Assembly: GCA_904063045.1 (NCBI GenBank)
Contig: CAJFCJ010000016.1
Span: 434,001 to 498,000 of the forward strand
From: Dimorphilus gyrociliatus
Taxonomy: Eukaryota; Animalia; Annelida
Direction of reading: 5' to 3'
Length of the DNA stretch: 64,000 bases
The notes beneath the pieces are model-generated. The model did not search any database. It worked only from the letters and a program-made list of their open reading frames with translations, and was not told where the DNA came from. Made by a program: the position numbers and the translations under genes. Shown piece after piece: positions 22,420-33,491 of the stretch (position 1 is the first letter of the stretch; each line of letters starts with the position of its first letter).

Positions 22420-25400
22420 ATGGGAGTTCCTAAATTCTATAGATGGATAAGTGAGAGATATCCTTGCTTAAGTGAAGTTGTGAAAGAATATCAGGTTTGT
22501 ATTTGTCTTTTCTCATAGACGTGCCTAAAAAACGTCCCTGTACTCCTTGAGGTTGGTAAATAGGTGTCAAATTTAAAGACAAATGTGAATTAATAAACAA
22601 AATATTTATGGAATACCCATAATTTTTTAATATGATTAAATTATTGCAAGTTATTTCTGTCTTTATAATATTTTTATTAAAAAAAGACTTAGTATTCAAA
22701 ACATGAATAAACTATAAATTATTAACTTTTGTGAAGGGATATTTCAGTTTTTCATTGTAATCTCTCTTATAAATTTAAACCCGAAATAGCCGCATAATAT
22801 ATTTTAAGTTTGTTAGGATTGGCATTTATCACTCATTCCACAAAGGAAAACAAAATAAACAGTTTTGACATAATATATAATACAATTTAATTAACAGATA
22901 CCAGAATTTGATAATTTATATTTGGATATGAATGGAATAATACACAATTGCTCTCATCCAGAAGATGATAATCCCCATTTTCGAATAACCGAGCAGAAGA
23001 TATTCCTTGATATTTTTCATTATATTGAAGTTTTATTTCGTATGATTCGTCCCAAGAAGACATTCTTTTTAGCCATTGATGGTGTTGCTCCGCGTGCTAA
23101 AATGAACCAACAACGAGGTCGGAGATTCCGATCAGCTCAGGAAGCTCAAAAAGTTATTGACACTGCTATTTCTAAGGGAGAAGTTCTCCCAAAAGAGGAC
23201 CGTTTTGATTCAAACTGTATTACACCAGGAACAGAATTTATGGTGAAATTACAAGATCAGCTTAAATATTTTATAGTGAAGAAAATATCTTCTGATTCAA
23301 TGTGGAAAGATTGTAAAGTTGTTTTATCTGGTCATGAAACCCCAGGTGAAGGAGAACATAAAATTATGGACTATATTCGTTACGAAAAGTCGATGGAAGG
23401 ATATGATGCTAATACAAGGCATTGTCTGTATGGTTTGGACGCAGATCTTGTATGTTGAAAGTTTAAAATATGTGTTATGTTTTTAAGATTATTATCTCTT
23501 ACAGATAATGCTAGGTTTAACTACTCATGAAACACACTTTTCATTATTGAGAGAAGAAGTGAAGTTTGGCAAACAGAACAGGAAAAAGTTAGGACTATTT
23601 TTTTTTTAAATAACATGACTTATAAAATCTCTTATTAATATTGAAAATGTTGTTTTAGGCCAGTAGCACCTGAAGAAATTACTTTTCATTTACTTCATTT
23701 GTCTCTCATGCGAGAATATCTGGATTACGAATTCTCCACATTGAAGAATACACTAAAAACCTTTCCATATAACCTAGAAAATATTATTGATGATTGGGTT
23801 TTTATGGGCTTTCTGGTTGGAAATGATTTTATCCCACATTTACCAAATTTACATATTCATCAAGATGCTCTTCCTCTTTTATGGAAAACATATATAACAG
23901 TTTTACCAAATTTAGGAGGTTCGTCTTGCCAGTTATTTCTTTAGAGTATTTAATTTCCAGTTTTCCCTTTCTACAGGTTATTTACACGATGGAGGTGTAT
24001 TGAATTTGAAGCGCTTCGAGATTTACATGTCTCGTTTATCACAGTTCGATTTTGAAAAGTTTGATGATCATTTTGCTGATTTAAGGTGGTTTCAAGCCAA
24101 AAGTGAGGAAAAAAGTAATGGAAACACCGTTAATAAGCAAATACGAAACCAATTCGGAGATGATACTATTATTACAGCCAGTGAATTAGCTAACTTGACA
24201 GGAATGGGTGTTGATTTTTCGGGTAAAGGTACTAAATGCAACTTGATGCCGCCACGTTATTGTTTAAGCTTTTTTTTTACTTATTTTATTATGTTACAGA
24301 TAAACAACTCAATGACACAGAGGAAGAAAGTGCAAGTAGCGACGAGAGCGAAGAAGCATTGATGAAAAGGGAATTTCGAATGCATAAAGACAATTATTAT
24401 ATGGACAAATTGGAATATCCTCGCGTTGATGAGTGAGTTTCAATCATTCAGATTATTATAAATAGCATACACAATATTTATTATTAATCAATGAAATACA
24501 ATTCAGTCGTATAATTTATAAAAAAATATGTCACTCTTCGAGTTGAATGACATAAATGGAATTTATTGTGATATTCTATTTTCGGTTGAGGAATTGAATT
24601 CGATTAATTTGACATAAAATGGTCTCGTTTTTTATACAGAGCTGTCCTGAGAGAACAAGCTTCCGAATACGTGAAAGGTTTACAATGGATTTTACACTAT
24701 TACTATAACGGTGTACCAAGTTGGAGTTGGTTTTATCCATTTCACTATGCTCCTTATATTTCGGATATTAAGAATTTCAGCGATATTGAAGTAGAATTTG
24801 AGCTAAGTCAACCTTTTTTACCTTTTGAGCAGCTTATGGGAGTCTTACCGGCTGCTAGTAAAAAATTATTACCCGAACCTTTTCAAAGATTGATGACTGA
24901 TCAAGCGTCTCCAATAATTGATTTTTATCCATCGCAATTTTCTCTTGATCTTAATGGAAAACAGCAAGACTGGGAGGCTGTTGTTAAAATTCCATTTATA
25001 GACGAGGTAAGAAAAATTTACATATTGTAATTGTATTAGACTAGTACAAACTCGCCGATCTATTAAAATGCGATGCCTTTGACGTCAATTGTTCCATTTA
25101 TACTTTTATCTATCGAAACAGAAACGTCTTTTAGATGCAATGGCACCTCTGTACGTCAAATTACGTGACTCTGAAAAAAGACGGAATAAACATGGTCCAC
25201 ATCTTCTTTGCGAACGCTCCCATTCTGAACTTGAACCTTATTACGCACCATTACAAGCTAAAAGTTTTCCTAACATAATGCATAACTATTGTAAAATTAT
25301 TGACCTACACAAAGATTACTTTCGCCTAAAAAGAGAATGTATAGTTAAGGGAGTTATGAAAGACGCCCTTACAGATGTCTATTTTCCTGGTTTTCCAACT

Positions 25401-28400
25401 TTGAAGCATCTTTCACATAGAGTTTGTAAAAAAAATTCATGTACTATCTAAATTTCATATGAATTATACTCTTTAAGGCTTATTTGACAAAAGCTGGAGT
25501 TAAAGTATTCCAGATGAATAGTAGAAGTGAAAATTTTGTTTTGAAGTTACTTGATAACAAGTTGGAGGTTACAATTTCTTTTTTAATTTCTGTTCTAAAA
25601 TGTAATGAAAATAACTATTTTCTATAGAATCCAGAAAAATTAGCTGAAAAGTGTCTCAATAGAGAAATTTATGTGAGTTGGCCTCATTTGTCAGAAGTTA
25701 AAGCAGTAGAATTTTTAACCGAAACTGAAAAGTTAGATCAAATTTTGTTTTTTATTTATAATCTTAAATCAAATTTCACAAGGTTTCTTTTTTTTTAGAT
25801 ATGTTTACGATCATGAAAAAGATTGCGTGGTGAAAGTAGCTACTTCTAAAGAAGATTCAGACAATTTCAAGTCTTATTCGTTAGAAATATCTAGACAGTA
25901 AGATAGTCTTTAAAATGAATTTCAAAATTGGTTAAATGTAAAATTTCCTCTATAGATATAAGTCAAGGTGGGGAGTGGAGATTGGAGAGGTTAGGGCATT
26001 GATCAGAGGCAAGCCTTTATCTGGAAAGAGATATGTCGTCAATCATGATGGATCTGTAACATTAGTCAAACTATATCATGAGATGAAAGAATATTACGCT
26101 TATCAAAGCACGGTGTTGGACTTGAAAGTTGCCGAGTCGAAGACTCCTCAAATAAGCGACATTAATAAGTTATTTATGAAAGATTTACCAGTGTTCATTA
26201 TGAGTTCTGAAAATTATGGGAAAATGGCACATGTGAAATCTGTATCGGGATCTAATATTAATTTAATTGTACAAAATATTACTCATCCTTCGTTATCAGC
26301 CCTCTGTGACAAACACGAAAAAAGATTGAAACAGTATTTAACTAATAGACATGGAGCTAGTTCTTCTGAAGTATCTTCATTACTGTTTTCGAGAATCACT
26401 GGTATTTTGTCGGTAGCCAAAAATCACGGACCAAATGCCCTGAAAACAAATATTGGTCTAAATTTAAAGTCAAATAAAAAAGACTTAGAAGTACCCGGAT
26501 TTAGTTGGAGAAATCCCGTTACTAAAGAATGGTTCTTTTCCACAAGAGCAGCAAGGGACGTAACGGAATTTAAAAAGAAATTTCCTAGACTGTTTGAAAA
26601 TTTGGAGCATATTTTGCCAGACTCAGGACATACGGTATCAGAGTCATCACTATTAGAAGGTTGCAGGTATGATCGATATAATAGCTGTAATTTAAGGATA
26701 GCGATTTTTAATTATCTTTCAATTTATTAGTTATAATCTTCAAGATATTAAGAAATTCATTTCTGGGCTACCATCATCCAGCGCTGATAGATTGCCATGT
26801 GGCAGCGAGGTATTAAACGACGAAGATATCTCAGCTTTGGAAACGACCATCGCAGAAACGGTAGTGGTTTTTGTAACGAAATATTCTGCTATATTCAATC
26901 TTTTTTTGCATATTTATTTTTAATTTACAGAATTTTCAAGTTATGAAAGAAGAGTTAACTTTACAATCCAGTCAAATATTTCGAGTGAGTTATTAAATAC
27001 GTAATTTTTGAAATATCTTCTAAGCGAATTCTTTCTTTTAATTTTCTAGCCATCCCACTTAAGAGGTTCAGAGCCTCCAGATCCAAGAGCTGAATATTTT
27101 ATTTTTGATAGAGTAATAAATGTTCGAGAAGGCTATACTGTACCCTTAGGTCTGACTGGGACAATTGTAGGAATTTACGTGTCATCTAAAGTGCAAGATA
27201 CAATCTACGAAGTTTTATTTGACGAACAATTTGTTGGTTCATTCAATATTCGGGGAAGTAACGGTAAAGGTTATAGAATGCCGGGATCAGCTCTAATTAA
27301 CATTTCATATGGAAAAAGAAAGACTCAAATAGTAAGATTTGAAGATTTCTTTAATAAACCTAAAACGTTTTGCAATTTACTCTTAGAGCGCTCCAAAAGT
27401 AAGAGAATTCCCATTTAGTCAATCTTCAGCTCATCGCGCCAGATATGATAATCAGAAAAACCATCAAGGTCATCCAGTAAATTCAAAGGTCTCTTATCTG
27501 TTTGTCATTAAATACAAACTTAAAAAACCTAATGTGTTATGTGATATAATTTAGCCTCAAAACAAACCAAAGAGTAGACCATCTGACGATACTGAATACC
27601 AAAAGTTTTGGTCAGATTTAGCCGAGAAATCAAAGTATAGTCCAAAAATTTTGCAAAGAGACTCTCAAACTCAAAAAGGAAGAGAACAGAAAGGCGATGG
27701 TCCCTCTCTAGCTGATGCTGCTAAAAAGCTGCCTATACCTGAAACACCGGAAGAAAAAAAAGAAAAGGAGCTAAATGTACCAAAGAGCAGCAGTGCAGCT
27801 GCTACTCCACAGATTCCGATGCCTTTCACGAGCCATATGCCTCGTGTTCCTATGCCAGGTTGAAAAGAAAGCCTACTTTTAGTTGGATTTTTATATGCTT
27901 ATATTTGTTTTTTTTGTTTAGATTCTGCTTTAGAATTAAGAGAACTGGCTATGCGATTTAGGTTTAGCATAAATACATGTAAAGTCGATATGGGTTACAT
28001 GCGATCTGCCTATCAAATAAAGATACCTGAAATGTCAATATCTGTAACTGGACCTGCATCTGAAAATGACAACATAGCAACGCAGCTAGCCTACTCTGTA
28101 GCTCTTCAACAAGTGGTTAGTTAATTTTATATGTTTAAATGGTTTTGTTAAAAATTGCTACATTGTTTAGAAAATGGCTCTTGAGAAATCAAATCCAGGT
28201 GTTCGACCAATGTTCCATCAAAGACCTAACGGTCCGCCTTTACAACCTAATCCGCAACATTCTCTACAAGGGCAACCAGTTAGGAGTTGCTTTCCAGTAG
28301 CTCCTTACTTAGATTATAGAACACTAATGGGGCCAAGATTTGTTCAAGGAGAAAAAGCACCATATTTTTATAATCCCAAAGGTGATGTTGTTGGTTTGAC

Positions 28401-29367
28401 TGGCCAAGTTTTACAGGTAACTAGCTTATAAATAATCAAAAACATAGTTCAACGTTGTATCCAATATATAGCAGGTTAAAGCTCAACCACCCAAGAAAGA
28501 AACTCCAGAGAAGTCTAAACCTTCTGTTGCAAACGCCTTTCTACCATTACAGGTAGCGCGTAAAATCTTTTATTATAATAGAAATCGTTAATACTTATTT
28601 TGAAATCATAGGTTCAACGGCGGATAGGCTCTCAAAAAGACAATGGAGAGAAAGAAATAGGCGATAACAGAGGCTCAAGTTCTAAAGACGATGTTATGAA
28701 AGCAATTTCTGACAACGTATTAAGGTATTTAACAAAAGACTCACAGAAGGATCAGCAAACGCGCTTGCAAGTTTTAAAATATTTAGCTGGTCAGACGAGA
28801 ATCATTCTTCAAAAGAAAGATATGGATAAATTGCTCGAAAACTCTAAGCTCTCAATTGGAGATATCAGGGAGGCAGTACAGGAAGATGAAGTAAAAGAAC
28901 AGTTTAAGACTATTATCCGCTTGAAATTAGTCAATGTTAATGAATTGGAAGTGATGTTTAAAAAAGTAGAGGAAAAAAATGGCGAAGATGAAAATAAAAA
29001 GAGAGAATTGATACACTATTTAACGAATAGAACCCTAGAAACCATTTTGGGTACTGAGGAAGAAACTTTTGAAAAGCAACCGAAACAGCATGTAAAACCG
29101 AAACAAGAAGTAAAAAAGCAAGATATAAGGAGAGATGAAAAAGTAACTAGGAAATCTAGAAAAGATAGCGAGAAAGAAGAGAAATCCAGAACGGAAGAAA
29201 TAACTCCTGCTGCTAACGAAATGTTACGAATTTTAGAAAATCTATCACTAAAAGAAGCACCAAAAGAAAAAGAAAGTACAGTTGTTGATACAACCCAAAC
29301 AGAGCCGAAATCCTCTGAAGCAAAACCCAGGAGAAATAGATTAGCAGCAAACTTTTCATTAAACTAG
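22420..29367 (+). CDS. XRN1: 5'-3' exoribonuclease 1, multi-exon (exon 1 22420..22494, exon 2 from 22899)
   Basis: MGVPKFYRWISERYP..FDNLYLDMNGIIH, DGVAPRAKMNQQRGRRF, FDSNCITPGT, PGEGEHKIMDYIR, YGLDADL, GNDFIPHLP, WFYPFHYAP, PFEQLMGVLP and the C-terminal RLAANF motif, typical of XRN1 rather than XRN2. Confidence 0.95.
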
Positions 29368-30549
29368 TTATATGCTATAAATATTTTGTTTTTTTTTTTT
29401 TGTTTTTCTTTTTAATATTTGATTGTATTTTTGTAAATCCTATCAATGTTTGTTTTTCCTAAGTAGTCTCTCTTTTCGTATTTCATAAAAGTACTGTATT
29501 GTTGTATATTTAAGGCAAAGAAAACTTAATTTTTCAGCGAATATTCTATATTTTGAGTAAGAAACAAAAATATAATAGGAAATGGAATAAAGCGAGCAAA
29601 AAATAGTAGGTTAATTAAGCGCTGGCTGCCTGATTGCTCTTTATAAATACAAATCCATTTATATGAACTGAAAATTACTGCAATAATCAATTAAAGATAT
29701 ATGACAATAATCGATTTTCTTTGTACGAAATACTAAAGAATTATTTATCTAAATTAGTCGTCAGTCTATTCTCAAGAATTATTAACGAATTGTAAATATT
29801 TTCCTCTATATGACTGACGACTTTGAAGTTTTCATTTATGAATAAATTCTCTAGGATAATATATCAATTAATTACTATCTATTATACTGTCTTTTTTATC
29901 ATATACATTTCTTTTATAATAGAAACCCTTATTGATAATCAATTAGTTGTTAATTAAAATAGGAAACAGAGTAGAGTAGAGATGAGAGGTTAAGAAACTT
30001 TGAAATTTGTTTTTCTTACCACTAAAAAAGAAATTACTATACATAAAACTGTTTTCTTTTGCTTTTTCTCTACTTTATTTGTAAAGGTTATTCACTTTAT
30101 CTGAATTAATTCTTTCTCACGAAACTAGACGTTTGGCTGACGTAAATTAATGATTTGCACTATTAGGAGAAGCTCTTTGCATCAAACGGCGACGGCTAAC
30201 TAATCAATCTTGAAATAAATTCACTCCATACTTATAACTTGGTAATCTATCTATTGTTCTTGGACGCTACTTAAAATAAATCTCAGCCTAGTGAGATGAT
30301 CTAATTGGTTATATAATCCCTTACTCAAAGCTATAGGCTTAATCTCTTTTACTAAGGATTTTTTTTTTGTTGAAAGAAAGAGGGAATTTGTATAACTAAG
30401 ATTTTTATTCCACAACGTTGTAAAAAGGAATAATTAAACAAATGAGTATCTATTTAAATACATACAATTATATCAATGCAGCCTTTCTCTTTACATTTTT
30501 TTACTTTTCTCTTTCTTTCCTCTCACATTCGCTCTATTTCTTGTCCCCT

Positions 30550-30553
<4 letters not shown>

Positions 30554-30582
<29 letters not shown>
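30554..30582. repeat. (CT)n microsatellite within a pyrimidine-rich tract
   Basis: Direct reading. Confidence 0.9.
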
Positions 30583-30586
<4 letters not shown>

Positions 30587-31109
30587 GCTCTTCGCCTCTC
30601 CTATATCTCTGCCTCGTCCTTTTCCTCCCTACTCTCTCTCTCTCTATCTCTCTATTTCTATCCGCCTATCAATCTCTTTCGTTCTTTCTCACTCTCTCTT
30701 TAAACATATAGACATAAACTGTATATATATATATATATATATAGAATTAGACTTTAGTATGGTGGAAGAGGACTATTGTCTTTGACTTGTTCGTTATCTA
30801 TATAAGATATCATTTCTGATTGCTCTTATAAATATATAAATAATATATTATTCTTATCTTGAAAATATGCGAAATTTATATATTGTCATGCTTTAGAGAA
30901 CGTCTATTGATTTCTTAGGCTCAAAGTTCTTTTTTTTGTAGCCTAAAAAAAAAAAGTCTACAAAGGTTGATCTTCATCTTCTTTGTTTTAACTATTTGAT
31001 TGAAAGTCTTTTTATACGAAAATATTCCTGAATTGTATCGAATTTCTTAACATTGCTTTTTCTTTTCATTCAGTTTGTCTTTGCTTTTATTCTATATGAT
31101 AAAACAATC

Positions 31110-31136
<27 letters not shown>
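31110..31136. repeat. (GA)n microsatellite
   Basis: Direct reading. Confidence 0.9.
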
Positions 31137-31141
<5 letters not shown>

Positions 31142-31339
31142 CTGAGTAGAATGGAAGAGGGAAACTAGCAAGAAATGAAGAAAATATTAGGATAGATAAA
31201 GAGACGGATGTATAAATTGAAGTGAGAGAGAGGGAGAATTGTGAGAAGTAAAAAGAACAAATGAGCATATGCACAGTATTATATATATATATATATATAC
31301 ATTTTGAACTTTAGGGTTTCTTCTATGACTAATAAGTAA

Positions 31340-32090
31340 AATATGTACGCAGGAGGCGTCGTGGTCGTTCTAATTAAGCCTAACATTAAGCGACGTGTGC
31401 CTAGGCGGCCAATGTAAAAAAAAAGCTAAAAAAAAATTATAAAAAAACGGCGGTTGAACTTCAAATTTTCGAATTTTGAATAAATTTGGTCGAAAAACGG
31501 CTGGATATGTTTACAGAAACCTATCAAATCTTTTTTTTATATTCAAACAACTGTAACAAAAAGAGTTTGCACAAGGATCCGTTTTATTTATAGGTCCGCC
31601 GGGCGCCGTAGGACAGTATTATTTTTACTTTGACCTACTATGATAAAATTTATTCGATTCTCTTCTAACCCAAGGACAATTATAGGACTAAATTAGTAAT
31701 TTTAAACTCTGCCTGAGCAAATATAAAGTGGAAATAGTCCTATCAGCATTCAATCTTTTGAACCATAGAATTCCAGACGTCGAATAGACATTGCAGACAT
31801 TAGGGGAAGTCCCCGGGAAATTCCTGGGGAAATTCCTAGAATTTTCGGATGATCATTTAATAATAATTAAATAGAATTTAATCATTTTTATTTATATAAT
31901 AAAATTTAAATTAATTAAAATTTTCTATTCTTGGAATTTTCCGTTAAACAAATTTTTAGCGGCGCGAAAAATAGTCTAGACGGCGCGCGCATAAAAAGTG
32001 TGACGTAAGCAGTTGAATTCTCGAATCGGTTAAGTACAGTTAAAAATCCAGACGATTTTCGTCCGGTCTAAAAATATTACTGAATGAAAT
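31340..32090 (+). promoter_or_regulatory. CpG-rich promoter/enhancer upstream of let-7/miR-125 (CCAAT 31409, kB array 31803..31836, E2F GGCGCGAAAA 31961, CRE-like TGACGTAA 32001)
   Basis: A non-coding CpG-rich island within AT-rich DNA carrying several consensus sites. No protein-coding gene lies on the + strand downstream before MRPS33, so the miRNA pair is the nearest candidate target. Confidence 0.55.
31803..31836. promoter_or_regulatory. Three tandem NF-kB/Rel consensus sites
   Basis: GGGAAGTCCC (31804), GGGAAATTCC (31815) and GGGAAATTCC (31827) all fit GGGRNWYYCC. Confidence 0.6.
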
Positions 32091-32955
32091 CGTTAGAGTC
32101 TTGTTTTTTAAAAAAAAAGAATCATTAGAAAAAAAATGTGAGTATAATTTCAAATTTAAATATTATATTCTACAAAAATTATTTCAATTATCTTATCAAT
32201 TACTTAAAAACTCTAATTTATTAATCAAGTTATACATTTATAAGCTAACAGATTATTTATTAATTTTATTACTAACGGAAACACTTAAAGAGCACAACGT
32301 TTATTATGTTATTGATTATATGTACTGTAAATATATCTGGTATATACGGTATGTATGTATGTATATATATATATATATACTGTATATATATATTCTCTGT
32401 ATATTCTTTTTATATATCGTCATATATACACGATGCATAGATACGGTAGGTTTTTTTTCTTCTCTTTTTAACTGGCTGTATTCATGTGTTTAGTTAGGTA
32501 TATATAATATATACAGACAGTATTCACAGTGAAGAACCAGAATAGTACAATAAGTTATAACAATCCCGGTACAAAATTGCGCTAGTTAAATTATATACAT
32601 ATATATGGATATATTTGTCCTTGCAAATATGTAAATAAGTACATATATACTTTAATATAAGTATTAAGATACTATGTATTTTATTTTTATTATATGTATA
32701 ATAAAAACTTTTTTCTTCTCCCTCTCTTTCTCTCTCTCTCTATCTCTTTTTTTTCTCTGTTCCTTCTTTCTTCTTTCTTTCTTTCTAGGGAATCATTTAG
32801 CCTGAAAACTTATATTAAACTGTATTGGAATAAAATAAATAAACGAGCTGTCTTTTCTCGAATCATTTTATGCAGACATTGCGGATGATATAGACAGACA
32901 TTAATCTTTTTTTTTTTCTTTCTTTTTTTTTCAGACTAGATCATTCCTGTGTAAA

Positions 32956-33038
32956 TCTAGTTGAGGTAGTTGGTAGTATGGACAAGTACTACAACACACT
33001 TTCAGGAGGGATCCGTGCTATCAACTAACTTTCCTGGA
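32956..33038 (+). ncRNA. let-7: let-7 family pre-miRNA; predicted mature 5p 32962..32983 UGAGGUAGUUGGUAGUAUGGAC
   Basis: Seed GAGGUAG. The 5p arm pairs almost fully with 33012..33032 (UCCGUGCUAUCAACUAACUUU). Lower stem UCUAG/CUGGA, 3p arm ending CUUUCC, long loop with GGAG, and miR-125 about 380 nt downstream. Confidence 0.85.
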
Positions 33039-33415
33039 TTTTATACACTCTATCAACTGTAATATTTAGAAAGAAGAGGAATAAGGAATTTTTCTTTCGC
33101 TATTCAATCATCATCACTATTATCGCCTTAGTCGTCGTCGTCGTTATAACTGTTGTCATCGCTTACATCAATTATCGTCGAGACAGCTTCTTCTTCAGCA
33201 CCTTTTCTTCTTGCTGCTTTTGCTACTGTAATTTTCTACTTCTACAGTTTTTCCATTCTTCTTATATATGATATAACAAGTGAACTACGTTTTGCTTGAG
33301 GATTGTTCTAGAGTCTAGGACAGATATTGAAATAATCTACTGTTTTAAGGATTTGAGGGAAGGAAATGCTAAAGAACGAAATGAGACAAAGTTTGAATAG
33401 GCAAACAGTTTGACA

Positions 33416-33491
33416 GTCACTATGTCCCTGAGACCCTAACTGTGCAATAAGTTAGATTGGCACAAGTTAGGGAGCTTGGGAATAGAGTGAT
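33416..33491 (+). ncRNA. mir-125: miR-125 (lin-4 family) pre-miRNA; predicted mature 5p 33425..33446 UCCCUGAGACCCUAACUGUGCA
   Basis: The first 17 nt are identical to canonical UCCCUGAGACCCUAACUUGUGA. The 3p arm GCACAAGUUAGGGAGCUUGGGA and lower stem UCAC/GUGA form a hairpin. Confidence 0.92.

Noticed and set aside
31340-32090. Possible MITE or transposon explanation for the CpG-rich block
   Set aside because: No terminal inverted repeats, target-site duplication or second copy in the window. Kept as a regulatory candidate, though a genome-wide repeat search is needed.
30442-32888. Track ORFs 30442, 30476, 31092, 32101 and 32694
   Set aside because: Products of (CT)n, (GA)n and (TA)n tracts, with no domains or splice support.
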